A stretch of DNA of 64,000 nucleotides from an uncultured virus (IMG/VR IMGVR_UViG_2839031043_000001) (IMGVR_UViG_2839031043_000001), one strand, 5' to 3'. Shown: positions 8,636 to 19,596, counted from the first letter of the stretch. A program made the numbers and translations. Notes: generated by a model not told the origin, from the letters alone.

Positions 8636-9394
8636 TTATTTATTAGAGACTCGATCAAGTAACAAAAGTGTCAGCCATGGAAGTTCCTGATATATAGTGC
8701 CGTCATCCACACGCTTTACCCAAATGTCAGGATCGTTCAAGATACCTTTTTTGGTTAGACTCTCAATAGCTCCCTTTGCGTACTGTTTGCCTTGTTCAGA
8801 CATAATGAATTGCATAAATTTATCCTCCTTTGATTGATCAGGCTTATTTTCAACTTTGCTGTTAAGCATTTGCTTTACCAATACTTTAAAACGTACAAAC
8901 TCAGCAGGATTGTTAACCCAAGGCAATGGGCATCGCTTCCATCCAACTACCCCCTGATGTGTCCAAATATCCTTTTCAGTCAATCCATACTTTTTACAAA
9001 GAATAACCACTAACTCTGCTGCTTTTTGAAAAGTTTTCTCTGTAATGTTTCCATTCTTGTCGATACACATCTCAATCCCAATTGTGCAGTTGTTTGGATA
9101 ACTACCCAGACGATTCAGTGCTTCTGATGTATAATCTTTTGAGCCACAGTGATATGCCATTTCGTCATCTGGTATTGCTTGATATGTATTGTAATCATCA
9201 ACAGAATAATGAGCTGAAGCAAACCTTGCATCGGAAGTATCTTTTTGATATTTAAGTCCATCGAAATACTTAACTATATTGATTGCAGGAGCAGAAGGTG
9301 AAGCTGTGTAGTGCATGACTATGCCTCGAACAGACTTTAGTTTAATGGCTGGTCTTGAGAATTTATTGACAGTAATAAAATGCTGATTAATCAT
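8636..9394 (-). CDS. Endolysin, N-acetylmuramoyl-L-alanine amidase (Amidase_2)
   Basis: IVMHYTA, SAHY.VD, AYHCG, IGIEMC, HQ....K.CP motifs. Confidence 0.92.
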   Translation of the reverse strand: MINQHFITVNKFSRPAIKLKSVRGIVMHYTASPSAPAINIVKYFDGLKYQKDTSDARFASAHYSVDDYNTYQAIPDDEMAYHCGSKDYTSEALNRLGSYPNNCTIGIEMCIDKNGNITEKTFQKAAELVVILCKKYGLTEKDIWTHQGVVGWKRCPLPWVNNPAEFVRFKVLVKQMLNSKVENKPDQSKEDKFMQFIMSEQGKQYAKGAIESLTKKGILNDPDIWVKRVDDGTIYQELPWLTLLLLDRVSNK

Positions 9395-9403
9395 GACTGC
9401 CTC

Positions 9404-9849
9404 CTATATCATTAATTTTAAGAAAGACATAATTTCAGGAACCTTCATTCCTAAAGCTGTTAAAAGAATGATAAGTAAAATAAACCACAAAAATTTCCGA
9501 TCAGTCGTAATGAAAGATTGATACCACTTTGTTTTTTCCTCAGTATCATTGCTCCTGTCTTCAGATCGCATAGTTTCACTTCTGACTTTAATGGTTTGAA
9601 CGTCAATATTGACCTGATCCAATTTTTCATCCATTTTGTCTAAGCGAACATCTTGTTGTTTTGCACGTTCTTGATTTAACTCCATGATAGTAGTTTGTCG
9701 AACAGCGTTTTCTTGAAGTGATTTTAAAGTGTCAACGAGTATCTTTTGACTTTCCCTCCTTTCAATTTTGATTTCANNNNNNNNNNCACAGTTTTTTCTA
9801 AGTTTTGAACCTTAACATCTAAGGCATCAATGGATGGAGTCGGTGACAT
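9404..9849 (-). CDS. Holin-like coiled-coil protein with C-terminal TM (BhlA/XhlA-like); start 9849, broken by an N-gap
   Basis: ATG at 9849 after GAAAGG; reading frames open on both sides of the gap; C-terminal TM; lies in the lysis cassette. Confidence 0.6.
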
Positions 9850-9893
9850 GTTACTCACTGCCTTTCAATTAAAAAAGAGAGGGGAAGCCCTCT

Positions 9894-11267
9894 CTAAATG
9901 ATAAACGCATATTGATAATTACTTTTACTACTTACGTCAACAACCCTCATACTAGATAGTAAATCAGACGCCATTTTTACCTGAACAGTAATCGAGCTAT
10001 GCAAGTCATTTTGTTCACGTCCAATTACATTCATCTGACTTAACAAATCATCTGAGTATTTGACATAGATGGATGCAGGTAATTCGTTCACATACTCGAC
10101 TCTGATTCTACCCAATAAGTCATTTTTATGAGGGATTGTAATGGATGAAGCTAGATGATCATTACCACGAACGCTTAAAGCTAACAACAGATCAGAGTGA
10201 CGGGAAATCTTTTCGACAGTGAGAGAAGACAGTAAGTGTTCGTTTTTCCTAATGCTAATCGAGCTTAACAGAGAATCTGCCTTCTCAAGCTTCTTTACTG
10301 TAAAAGATGATAAGAGATCGGTTGAATCTGGAATAACAATCATGGATTGTAGACTAGACGAATCCTCAATCTTATTGATCTGCATTGAAGATAAAATGGA
10401 ACTGTTATTTTTAACTTCAACATTTAATTTAGCTGAAAGAAGGTTTTCGGCTGCTTTCTTTTCAATCCTAATTAAAGAGCGTAGGATTTCTTCTCGATAA
10501 TTACTAATTACATGTATCTTCGAGAGCAAATCAGCTTCACTTAACACTTGCACAGTGATTGATGACTCTAACTTACTCTCTCCATCATTAATCACAGGTA
10601 ATTCAAATCCCAACTCAAGCTCAGGAGGATTGTCAGATTCCCTAGTTCCAAATAGGATTGAAGCTAGTTTAGATTCATCTTCTGAGCATAGAAAAAGACC
10701 ATAGTTTGGAATGGCTTTTTGATACCATTTTGCTACTAAATTGGTAATGTCAATTTCAATAAAACCACTTTGCGATAGACCGATGTTCTTTGTGGCTACT
10801 TTGTCGCCTTGTGGTGGCTGGTTAGCCCAAGTTACATCTTTCTCTTGCCAATTTGATAAGAGGTTAAATATAGATAAATCCATGTCCCTTGAGAAAGGAC
10901 TATTATATACACGCAATATGGCTTTTTTTAACACTTTGTTTGCTGGGATGGAAGATAAATCAAACTGTATAAGGGAACGAAAAATTTCCCCATTGTATTC
11001 ATCTTTTCCAACCAGCATGCCTCGATCATTACCATAGTTTAACGTTGGTAAGTTTTCTCGGATGGTACTATCTTTAACCGGATTGAGGTAGAATCTCTCA
11101 AGTGGTCTTTCAAGGACATCAAATTTACCTACCATGCGATTAACTGGTGGAATAGTGATGGAGCTGATTAAGTCATTGTTACCACCAATTTTCACAGAGA
11201 TGCTAGATAAAATGTCATTTTCCCTGTACCCCCACACAAGAAACTTACCAGACATTTTATTATTCAT
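9894..11267 (-). CDS. Tail-associated protein with a DNRLRE/CBM96-like domain and C-terminal DLLSSxxV repeats
   Basis: 'KDSTIRE..PTLNYG...RSLIQFDLSSIP...A.L...W.E..VTWANQP...DIT.LV..W...NYG...P.L'. Confidence 0.75.
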   Translation of the reverse strand: MNNKMSGKFLVWGYRENDILSSISVKIGGNNDLISSITIPPVNRMVGKFDVLERPLERFYLNPVKDSTIRENLPTLNYGNDRGMLVGKDEYNGEIFRSLIQFDLSSIPANKVLKKAILRVYNSPFSRDMDLSIFNLLSNWQEKDVTWANQPPQGDKVATKNIGLSQSGFIEIDITNLVAKWYQKAIPNYGLFLCSEDESKLASILFGTRESDNPPELELGFELPVINDGESKLESSITVQVLSEADLLSKIHVISNYREEILRSLIRIEKKAAENLLSAKLNVEVKNNSSILSSMQINKIEDSSSLQSMIVIPDSTDLLSSFTVKKLEKADSLLSSISIRKNEHLLSSLTVEKISRHSDLLLALSVRGNDHLASSITIPHKNDLLGRIRVEYVNELPASIYVKYSDDLLSQMNVIGREQNDLHSSITVQVKMASDLLSSMRVVDVSSKSNYQYAFII

Positions 11268-11297
11268 TCACGCACAACCTTCTCATTGTATTGAGAA

Positions 11298-13502
11298 TTA
11301 CACTGGGTCAGCATTGACGACTATCTCAAAGGTTCCACTATGAGGTTTATCATCCTTATTAGTCACTACTCTAACAAAAACGGGAACTTCTTGTTCGTTT
11401 TCAAGGGTTCGAGTGTATGATATCTGATCTTCAGGTGTAAAAGGGGAGTCTGTTTTCGATAGTTGTATTACTGATTTGGAGTTGTTTGCACCTGCATTCA
11501 TCGTTAACAGTAAATTATGAATGGGGAAGCCATTTTTATTTACAACTCGAACCTTCTTGGGAAGAGTAGTTTGTCCACCTGTAATACGTCCAAAATCCAT
11601 ATAGTTTAAGACGTTGCCGATATTATCAGAAAAGTATTTGCCGCTTTCATCTACAAACATTAGTCCTGAATAATCTCCAAGAAAGTTAATAGCAAGATTA
11701 CTCGCCTTACCGAATTCATCTTCTGCAATAATTTCAAGTAGATTCATCCCGCCAAGGGTGATATCACTAGCATTAATAAAATAATCAAATGTTGAAGGTG
11801 CTTGAAAGAGTGGAGTGAAATCACCTGTTGCTGGATGTACTTGTTTCTTATTGATACTAACCTTAAATCTAACCTTATCTAATTCATTGTCCCCAATCTG
11901 AAGGTGCAACTTCTGACCCTTTACAGTAGCAATCAGTGTTGGCTCAGTATCATATAAAGTAATTGTGCCATAGTTAGTAGCTAAGGCTGAATTAAAAGCT
12001 TCTTCAGCTATTACGGTAATTTTGTATGGACTAATGGAATTTAAAAATGCACTAGATATAATAACAGAATCACTCACTGTTTGATCAGTAAGCTCTGTCC
12101 AATCTTTTAAGGTGTGCGTATTATTGAAGTCCACTTTGTATCGATATTTAGATGAAGGTATTCCTGATATTGTTGCAACTTTAATTACGTCCGAAGCGAA
12201 CATTTCTAAAAATCCAATAGATACATAATCTTGATTTCCATCTACACGATATACTCTAATCCCGTATTTTTGATAAGGAGCAGTGTTAGGAATATCCCAA
12301 GCTCTTGGTATTGTATTTACCCAACCTGTTGAATTAGTTATACTTAAAAGCACAATCCACTGACTTCCGTCCCAAGCAATAAAATCAAAGTCTTTTGGAC
12401 TTGCATTAATATTAGTGGAGCCTTTGATTCTAATACGTGAGATGATTTTGGGGGTGGGAAACTCATACATTAAAGTCTCTGGGTTACTTGGTGTGGGAAC
12501 TTTGCTTGAATACCAACAGCCCTCAACTGCCGCATCTGGAGTGAATGCTTGCCATGCATCATACCTGCTAGGGATTAACACGGAAGATGCACTTGCGATT
12601 CCACTTGGAGTTGTATTAGATGTCATCGTTGGTATGACAGTGCTTGGCGTGGATTCAGGCTTTTTATCATGCCAAAATAACAATTCTGGCTTACGACTGG
12701 TCAGTTGAGAGATAGCATTATTTGCAGGATCAAGAATTTCATCTAGCTTGTCCAGACCTTCACTTAAATACATCGCATCAGTAGTGGTTGAACCTAGTGG
12801 TTTCCAAGAGCCATTTTTGTAAGTTTTTATCGTATCATTATCTTTGATCAAATACTTTTCTTTAAAAAAATCTATTTCACTTTCCATGTAAGTTGGGGGG
12901 TTCCAAGTTCCACCATTTCCTACCCAGTTAAGATGATTTGCAGTGCTTGTTAAATCTTTTGGCGTCCCAGTACCCTCATCAAATGTCCATAGAGATTGAA
13001 GTCCAACTTCAGTACCAAGAAGCCTTTTTTTCATATTTTTACTTATTTGATCTTGCGTTCTCGCCGTATTCCAAATCCTTACTTCATCCATAAGACCTTT
13101 AAATCGATAGGCACCCGGCAAGTTTACGGGATTATGATTAGGTCTTCCTGCAATATAACATTGAATGCTTCCCACGTTCAAATTTAAACTACCACTACCA
13201 GCTTGCTCTCCGTTTCTATATAAGACTACCGACCCATTTGAATGAGTAATTGCAATATGCTGCCAAACTTGATTTGTAAGAATACCACCAAAGTTAAGAT
13301 TATTGCCAGACGAATTTGATAAAATAATATACCCGTTGCCATTAATTGTAGACTGAAAAGTAGGATAAATACCAAATAAACTACCAAAGTCAAAATTAAC
13401 TGGTTTAATCCACATTTCAATAGTCCACGTTGCGCCAAATGTTATATTTTTCTGAGGTAGCACCATAGACGTTCCATCAAAATTTAAAGCATATCCCGAC
13501 AT
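11298..13502 (-). CDS. Tail/receptor-binding protein with LamG (concanavalin-like) and discoidin-like domains
   Basis: WTIEMWIK..WQHIAIT..FKGLMDEVRIWN; 'PTMTSNTTPSGIASASS..AWQAF..SPKDF..WDGSQW'. Confidence 0.8.
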   Translation of the reverse strand: MSGYALNFDGTSMVLPQKNITFGATWTIEMWIKPVNFDFGSLFGIYPTFQSTINGNGYIILSNSSGNNLNFGGILTNQVWQHIAITHSNGSVVLYRNGEQAGSGSLNLNVGSIQCYIAGRPNHNPVNLPGAYRFKGLMDEVRIWNTARTQDQISKNMKKRLLGTEVGLQSLWTFDEGTGTPKDLTSTANHLNWVGNGGTWNPPTYMESEIDFFKEKYLIKDNDTIKTYKNGSWKPLGSTTTDAMYLSEGLDKLDEILDPANNAISQLTSRKPELLFWHDKKPESTPSTVIPTMTSNTTPSGIASASSVLIPSRYDAWQAFTPDAAVEGCWYSSKVPTPSNPETLMYEFPTPKIISRIRIKGSTNINASPKDFDFIAWDGSQWIVLLSITNSTGWVNTIPRAWDIPNTAPYQKYGIRVYRVDGNQDYVSIGFLEMFASDVIKVATISGIPSSKYRYKVDFNNTHTLKDWTELTDQTVSDSVIISSAFLNSISPYKITVIAEEAFNSALATNYGTITLYDTEPTLIATVKGQKLHLQIGDNELDKVRFKVSINKKQVHPATGDFTPLFQAPSTFDYFINASDITLGGMNLLEIIAEDEFGKASNLAINFLGDYSGLMFVDESGKYFSDNIGNVLNYMDFGRITGGQTTLPKKVRVVNKNGFPIHNLLLTMNAGANNSKSVIQLSKTDSPFTPEDQISYTRTLENEQEVPVFVRVVTNKDDKPHSGTFEIVVNADPV

Positions 13503-13516
13503 GCACCAATCCCTCC

Positions 13517-14185
13517 TTATTCAACTAGTATCCCTCTAATTAAAGTCCACTTATCCCTATCTAAAACTTGAGAGAACTGTGTACCTATACCTACCTGTCC
13601 TTGATTCGGCATTTGTGTTGAAACAGAAACATCTTCTGTCCTTATTGTAGGGGTAATCGAGAATGAAAACGTAGCATCCGTGTTCTTTGGAACAGATAGC
13701 TCTTTCTTTGGGATTGTAATTTCTAATTCTCGTCCAGTGACAATCATCATTTCTAATTCACAAACGCTGACATAACTTGTCGAATTGGAATCAAGAACGA
13801 GCAAACGATAGTGGGAATATTTAGTTGTGTTCTCTACTTCAAAATCAAATATTTTTCTTCCTAGTCCAGTCCAGTTAGTTTGACCATCTCTGCTATCTAA
13901 ATTGACCCAAGATGTGCCATTTACACTTCCTTGGAATACCCACTGTTTAGGACTATAACTTGGATTAGTAGATCCATAAATCGCATATCTTGATATGGCA
14001 ATGGGCGTATTAAATTGATAGGAAATCCACTGATTCGCTATTTTATCATGCATCCACCCACCTGAATTGGTAATGCCATTAAAGGCATGAACCCAAGAGT
14101 TAGTTGAAGTGTAATAATATCCACTACCATCACTTTTTCCGTTGACACCATCTTTAATAATGTTCTGGGAGTAAAAGAGAGCCAA
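13517..14185 (-). CDS. Tail protein with a discoidin (F5/8 type C)-like domain
   Basis: 'HAFNG..WISYQF..SPKQWVFQGSVNGTSWVNLD..YSHYRL..ELEM'. Confidence 0.7.
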   Translation of the reverse strand: MALFYSQNIIKDGVNGKSDGSGYYYTSTNSWVHAFNGITNSGGWMHDKIANQWISYQFNTPIAISRYAIYGSTNPSYSPKQWVFQGSVNGTSWVNLDSRDGQTNWTGLGRKIFDFEVENTTKYSHYRLLVLDSNSTSYVSVCELEMMIVTGRELEITIPKKELSVPKNTDATFSFSITPTIRTEDVSVSTQMPNQGQVGIGTQFSQVLDRDKWTLIRGILVE

Positions 14186-14779
14186 TTAATTCACCTCCCA
14201 ATTAATTTCGCCACTAACATCTTTTAAAAGTGGAGCATGTATTTCTTCAATTACGGTGTTGTTTTGTATAATCTGTAACGTACCGTCCATTTCTTTATTG
14301 GCTACCAGTTCAATAGATAAAAACATAGGTGAACCAAAAGGAATTATAAACTGAATTTTTACATTTATATTCACTTCTTGAAATGTTAGCTTTTCCTTAT
14401 AACCAAACACATACTTAATGATTTGAGATGGAATACTGTCTTGAATGCCCAATGGATTAAAAGTGGAAATGGCTTGCTTATAAGTGATGATATCGTTGTA
14501 GCAAATAGGGTTCTCAGTCAGTTTCAATTCTGTATCGCCATACTTGTAAATGAAATCAAACTTACCTTGTGGCAAATGAAAACTGCCACCGAACACATCA
14601 TAGTAGAAGTGATAACCGTGTCCTGTTAAGCCAAATTTAATCAAGTCTTGTTTGCGGATAGAATAAAAATCATTTTTCTTTTTGATAAGATGATCGAATT
14701 CAGCTAAAAATGAGCCATCCGTATATTCGGCTACCCAAATAAAGTCTCTGAGCTGAGTTGGGGAGTATAGTGGCAACAT
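14186..14779 (-). CDS. Hypothetical tail-module protein
   Basis: 197-aa ORF with RBS GGAGG, in the tail operon. Confidence 0.65.
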   Translation of the reverse strand: MLPLYSPTQLRDFIWVAEYTDGSFLAEFDHLIKKKNDFYSIRKQDLIKFGLTGHGYHFYYDVFGGSFHLPQGKFDFIYKYGDTELKLTENPICYNDIITYKQAISTFNPLGIQDSIPSQIIKYVFGYKEKLTFQEVNINVKIQFIIPFGSPMFLSIELVANKEMDGTLQIIQNNTVIEEIHAPLLKDVSGEINWEVN

Positions 14780-14861
14780 TGTATTGTTTCCTCCAAACTA
14801 AAAAGGGCTGCTTATTCAAGCAGCCCAATAAAATGTTATATATATTATTTAATTTTAGTTA

Positions 14862-15370
14862 TTAAGTAAAAGTATAAGAGCAACGTACATTGAACAGATG
14901 CGTTCCAGCCTGAACATTCAATCCCAAAATAGCCTTCAATTCAACTTCTGCGAAGTTTGCTGCACTAGCTGCTTTGTCTCCCGTATTTTTGGAGCCTTTG
15001 ATTACTCCACTAGGTTGTCCACTTGCTTTAATCATTCGTCCGTCATTAATTCCATTTCCACCAATAGGACTGAAATTCACTTCGCTGTTTGAAATTACTT
15101 TCGTGTAAATCCATTTGCCTGTAACAACTGGACTATTAGAGCCACCAGAGGTGTCTACAGTTGTAATGACACAATCATTCATATTAGATACATCATTACT
15201 CGCATCACCATAGTTATTCCAAATCAAAACTTTAAAAGGATTTGATTCAGAATTAGATTGTACTGTGCCAAGATTCCATGCGACATTCCCTGCNNNNNNN
15301 NNNCACCAGCAAGTTCCTTAAGGTCTGATTGATTGTCGCCTGTTCGCCATGTGACTTTTGGATCAGCCAT
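14862..15370 (-). CDS. Tail-module structural protein; true start ATG 15370 (MADPKVTW...), broken by an N-gap
   Basis: RBS AAGGAGG upstream of 15370; reading frame open downstream of the gap. Confidence 0.6.
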
Positions 15371-15395
15371 ATATTAAACCTCCTTATATTTTTAG

Positions 15396-16604
15396 TTACA
15401 ATTCAATATTCAATGTTATTGAGATTCCTTCATGAGAAGGATCAAAATCCTCAACAAAAACTCGGAAGATATCACCTTCAGAAACGTTTGTTACTGTCAA
15501 TGGGGGAACAAAAGCTTTATATTCATTAACGTCAAACACAATTGGTTGTGCGCTAAGTCTTTCCCAAGGTACAGAAGCATTACCTAAATTGGCAATATTG
15601 TTTTTCTCTATGTAAAGAGCCGTCCTCCCTGATGCTACAGGTGTACCACAAATTGCTGCAATAGATGAAATACTAGCATCATACTCAAGGGGAGCAATGT
15701 ATATCTTCTGTTCGTTTGTGTCAGTAATAACAGGCATCACGAAGAGAATTTGTCTATATTTCAATTTGTCATGTGTAAGTGTGAAATCTTCTTTGCTCAT
15801 TAATCCATCAACAACAGTAGAGGCAAGTGGAATAGACCCACGAGTATAATTATCTATCTGTCGCCAAATACCGTTTCCTTCATATCTATATCTAGCACCA
15901 GTTTCTAAAACCATTGTAGTTGAGCCAATTTCAGGAGTCGGGTAAGTGGTTTTTATATCATCGTATTTTGGAACAGGTTCAAGCCAAATAAGCCGAGTCG
16001 TTAGTGCGGCATCATTGGCAAACTTGGCACTATCATCAGCTCTTTTACTCGCATCTATTGCAGTGTTAGTTGCAGAAACAGCAGCATCAGCCGCCTGATT
16101 CGCTTTTCCAGTGGCGATTATTGCACCTTCAGCAGCGATATTTGCATTATTGGTTGCTTTGATTGCTTCATTTGTAACTCTGATAATCTCTTCAATTCTT
16201 TGATGAGATATTTCAATGATCTGTTGTAAGTTTAAGACAGCATCAGGATTGGGGTAGTGCGCCCATATACGGGAGGCAGGATATTGAATCATTCCACGAC
16301 CTTTGTAAATGGCAACGACCATCTTACCTTCTTGAGATGCATGAAAGTCGATAATCCCATTCGAGTAATTTACAATGAAATCTTTTTCATCAGGAATCTT
16401 CTTTGCGGCAGGCTTCCTTTGATCAATCTCAGTGTAGCCATTGATGATTACACGATGAAACTCTGTAGGAATCTCTGACAATACAATGCGATTATTGATG
16501 ATTTTTAAGGATTCTGTTTTATCTACTAGCGGATCATGAATATTCCCACTTCTATATAAGATCCGAACCGCATCGTTGTATTGGTCATATAATCTTGCGA
16601 TCAA
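15396..16604 (-). CDS. Baseplate/tail fibre protein with an Ala-rich coiled coil
   Basis: ATxxANxAA heptads, 'GLMSKED' fibre motif. Confidence 0.65.
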   Translation of the reverse strand: MIARLYDQYNDAVRILYRSGNIHDPLVDKTESLKIINNRIVLSEIPTEFHRVIINGYTEIDQRKPAAKKIPDEKDFIVNYSNGIIDFHASQEGKMVVAIYKGRGMIQYPASRIWAHYPNPDAVLNLQQIIEISHQRIEEIIRVTNEAIKATNNANIAAEGAIIATGKANQAADAAVSATNTAIDASKRADDSAKFANDAALTTRLIWLEPVPKYDDIKTTYPTPEIGSTTMVLETGARYRYEGNGIWRQIDNYTRGSIPLASTVVDGLMSKEDFTLTHDKLKYRQILFVMPVITDTNEQKIYIAPLEYDASISSIAAICGTPVASGRTALYIEKNNIANLGNASVPWERLSAQPIVFDVNEYKAFVPPLTVTNVSEGDIFRVFVEDFDPSHEGISITLNIEL

Positions 16605-16619
16605 AAATGCTCACCTCCT

Positions 16620-17078
16620 TTAGCCACCAATAAATACATTCGAAGAACCATCAGCAATTGTGGTAGTAGGAGTAGAGTGTGTTTTGACAGTACTTCCAAC
16701 AGTGGCAACCAACTGACCACCTGAAAATACATTTTTGGCATTTCCAATGGTTACTTTACCTGTTCCACCAGTATGATTACTGACAGGTTCTCCGGGAACT
16801 TGTGGTGTTTCAGTTTCCGTAACGCTGTCATTTACTCTTGATATGGGCTTTCCATTTACAAAGACGTTTGGTGAAGTAGCAACAACAGTACCATGAATGG
16901 TTGAGCTACCACCTGAAAAATAGTCCCAGCCACCCACACATACTTCATAACATTCTCTATCCTCACCTGAGCCTGAACATTGCTCAACTGTACGCTGGCA
17001 AGGGTTCCATACTCGATACTCAATGTCATTCGTTTGAACGTTAGTTGTTTTACTTCCGTTAAAAGCAACTGCTGGCAT
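16620..17078 (-). CDS. PAAR-repeat spike-tip protein
   Basis: MPAVA..; SPNVFVNGKPISRVND; NVFSGGQLVATVG; IADGSSNVFIGG. Confidence 0.85.
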   Translation of the reverse strand: MPAVAFNGSKTTNVQTNDIEYRVWNPCQRTVEQCSGSGEDRECYEVCVGGWDYFSGGSSTIHGTVVATSPNVFVNGKPISRVNDSVTETETPQVPGEPVSNHTGGTGKVTIGNAKNVFSGGQLVATVGSTVKTHSTPTTTIADGSSNVFIGG

Positions 17079-17195
17079 TTATCCATCACCTCGATCTTAC
17101 TATATATTGTTATGTATTTTATACAAATCACTATATATAGAGATAATAATTCGATAAAATTCATGTTTGATTGGGTCTGCATTAGAAAAGGATTG

Positions 17196-17486
17196 CTAAT
17201 TTTGATTAGTTGATTTCGTTTGAGCTTGATGAATAAAAGACTCTAGTTGAGCAATTCGTTGTTCTTTAAGTTCAATTTGTTGTTCTTTAAGTTCAATAAT
17301 TTTATCTTTTACTGAAATACGCTCATAGTTAATTTTATTTAGTTCTACTAATATTTCGTTTTGTTTTTTATATTGCTCTGTAATCTCTATATGATGTAGG
17401 TCAGTTTGGACTATTCTAATCATCAACAATATTAGAAGGGTAGAAAGAAAAATGACACTGGATTTTGGTGCGAAAATTTTCTGCAT
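17196..17486 (-). CDS. Small N-terminal TM, coiled-coil protein
   Basis: Hydrophobic N-terminus; ELKEQ tandem repeat; RBS AAGGAGG. Confidence 0.6.
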   Translation of the reverse strand: MQKIFAPKSSVIFLSTLLILLMIRIVQTDLHHIEITEQYKKQNEILVELNKINYERISVKDKIIELKEQQIELKEQRIAQLESFIHQAQTKSTNQN

Positions 17487-17581
17487 AGAATTTTCCTCCT
17501 TAATTCAACATTGCCATTAAATAAATGCATAATAAAAACCCCTACAAAGGAGTAGGGGAGGGTTTGAAAATATGTATAAAC

Positions 17582-18394
17582 TTACAATTGTTTAATTAAA
17601 GTCGATACTTCATCTAGCAACTTCTCTCCATTATCAAAGTGTTTAACTCCTTCAATGATGAGTAAATTATTAGATGTTGTAGTGCCTTCTAAGATTTTGT
17701 TGCACATCTCTTTAAACTCTTTCATACTTGCTTTGTATTTTTCATCAAGAGAGATTAAATCTTCATCGTTTGTATTTCTATTCAACGCTTCATCTGCTAA
17801 TGTTTCAAATAGTGTTAATGTTTGATACATCTCAGGAGATGAAACAATCTGTCCTTCTTGTTCTACTAGCACACCTAAGAAAAAGATAACTTGAGCCTGA
17901 ATTCGAATATTGTGCATTTTAATCCATTCTCTGTATTCATTATCAACCTTATTTACAATGTTGAAGTTAGATGAATAATACACGATATTCTCATCTATGG
18001 AAGTATCATGTTTAATATTACTGCCAATAAGGTTAACTCCTTTTTCACCAAAGATGCTTTTTACTGATTCACTTTGCGTATTGGTAACANNNNNNNNNNG
18101 CGTAACAATTTCATATTGATAGTCACCAGACCTTAAAGATTTACCCTTGTCAGAAAAGAAGCTAGATGAATAATTTCCATTAATGATTTTTCCTTTTTCT
18201 TGTGCGACATAACCATTCTTACCTGAAACATTAATCATAAATTCAGTTTCATCAGGTAAATTAGACGTAATAACGACTTTTGCTTTGTTATCATCTGTTC
18301 GTTCTATCTTTGTTTCCAGTTTAACTTCAAGCTTAGGAGCGCCACAACCTGTTAGAAGAACAATTAATATAAGAGAAAGTATCAATCTTTTCAT
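17582..18394 (-). CDS. Lipoprotein (moron-like)
   Basis: Signal peptide with lipobox LLTG-C; contains an N-gap. Confidence 0.75.
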   Translation of the reverse strand: MKRLILSLILIVLLTGCGAPKLEVKLETKIERTDDNKAKVVITSNLPDETEFMINVSGKNGYVAQEKGKIINGNYSSSFFSDKGKSLRSGDYQYEIVTXXXXVTNTQSESVKSIFGEKGVNLIGSNIKHDTSIDENIVYYSSNFNIVNKVDNEYREWIKMHNIRIQAQVIFFLGVLVEQEGQIVSSPEMYQTLTLFETLADEALNRNTNDEDLISLDEKYKASMKEFKEMCNKILEGTTTSNNLLIIEGVKHFDNGEKLLDEVSTLIKQL

Positions 18395-18445
18395 TAAGAA
18401 AATCCTCCCTTAGTTTATACTAGGAGGATTTTACCATTTATAATA

Positions 18446-18682
18446 TCATTTGTTAAGTTGAGGATTATCTGTTCTTCCGAGTAGGTAATCTATAGAGACG
18501 TTAAAGTGCTCGGCAGTTTTGTAAACAACCTCTAAGCTTACAGGCTTTCTCATTTTTTCAATGTTCCCAACGGAACTTTTTGTAAGCCCAATAATCTCAC
18601 CCATTTTTTCAAGAGTAAGATTGTTATCTTTTCTCAATTTCATAATTCGTTCAGANNNNNNNNNNAAAACAGGATGTAACAT
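18446..18682 (-). CDS. XRE/Cro-CI HTH repressor; likely start ATG 18682
   Basis: 'LRKDNNLTLEKMGEIIGLTKSSVGNIE...FNVSIDYLLGRTD'; RBS AAGGAG. Confidence 0.9.
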   Translation of the reverse strand: MLHPVXXXXSERIMKLRKDNNLTLEKMGEIIGLTKSSVGNIEKMRKPVSLEVVYKTAEHFNVSIDYLLGRTDNPQLNK

Positions 18683-18694
18683 GAAAAATTCTCC

Positions 18695-18753
18695 TTGACC
18701 GTGTTCATAGTGAACACCTATAATGAAAAACAAATAGTGTTCTTTATGAACAC
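18695..18753 (+). promoter_or_regulatory. Sigma-A promoter with two palindromic operators GTGTTC-N5-GAACAC
   Basis: TTGACC(18695)-18 bp-TATAAT(18719); operators at 18701-18717 and 18737-18753. Confidence 0.8.
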
Positions 18754-18768
18754 AATAAACAAAAGGAG

Positions 18769-19596
18769 ATGGTTAATGTGAGTCAATTTGATCAAACCTT
18801 CAACTATTATTCTAATGAGGTTAGAGTAGTGCTAGTGAATGATCAACCTTGGTTCGTTGCAAAAGATGTTTGTTATATACTAGGTATTGAGAAATCACGT
18901 AATGCAGTCTCTAGGTTAGATGAAGATGAAGCCCTTACTGTGGGCATCACAGACTCACTAGGCAGAACACAGGAATCACATATTATAAACGAAGCAGGTT
19001 TATACTCGCTTATTCTCACATCACGTAAACCAGAAGCAAAAGCATTTAAACGTTGGGTAACACATGAAGTACTACCATTAATACGTCAGACTGGACAATA
19101 CATACTCCCAAGTCATTCAGAACAATTCAAGTTGCCTTCAACATACAAAGAAGCACTAATTGAACTTGTTGCAAAAGTTGAAGAGAATGAACAGCTTCAA
19201 TTGACAATATCAGAACAACAGCCAAAGGTCGAAATGTATGACACCTTAATGAGTGCAGAAGGTTATCAAAATATGAGTCAAATCGCTAAATCTCTAGAGT
19301 GGGGAAGAAACCGATTATACTCTTTTCTTCGAGAAGAGAAGATACTGATGGATTCAAGTTGCCCCTACAAAAGAAACCTTCCACATCAAACATACATTGA
19401 TAAGGGTTATTTTAAGGTAATTGATGTACCTGTTAGATCATCTTCTGGTATGGGAATTTCACAACAAACATTGGTTACGCCAAAAGGAGTTGAATTCATT
19501 GCAAGGTTATTGAAACGTAAGCAAGTGGAACTACAGTACATTCAAGGAATCAAAGAAACCGAAAATGCAGGTGTGTACAATGAATACAACTTATAA
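18769..19596 (+). CDS. Phage antirepressor (BRO-N + ANT/KilAC)
   Basis: PWFVAKDVC..INEAGLYSLILTSRKPEAKAFKRWVTHEVLP; GRNRLYSFLRE..PHQ.YID.GYF..TLVTPKG. Confidence 0.92.
   Translation: MVNVSQFDQTFNYYSNEVRVVLVNDQPWFVAKDVCYILGIEKSRNAVSRLDEDEALTVGITDSLGRTQESHIINEAGLYSLILTSRKPEAKAFKRWVTHEVLPLIRQTGQYILPSHSEQFKLPSTYKEALIELVAKVEENEQLQLTISEQQPKVEMYDTLMSAEGYQNMSQIAKSLEWGRNRLYSFLREEKILMDSSCPYKRNLPHQTYIDKGYFKVIDVPVRSSSGMGISQQTLVTPKGVEFIARLLKRKQVELQYIQGIKETENAGVYNEYNL

Noticed and set aside
18701..18753. Palindromes resembling parS or the LexA box
   Set aside because: The core is one base shorter than parS and the half-sites are reversed relative to the GAAC-N4-GTTC SOS box; better explained as XRE operators
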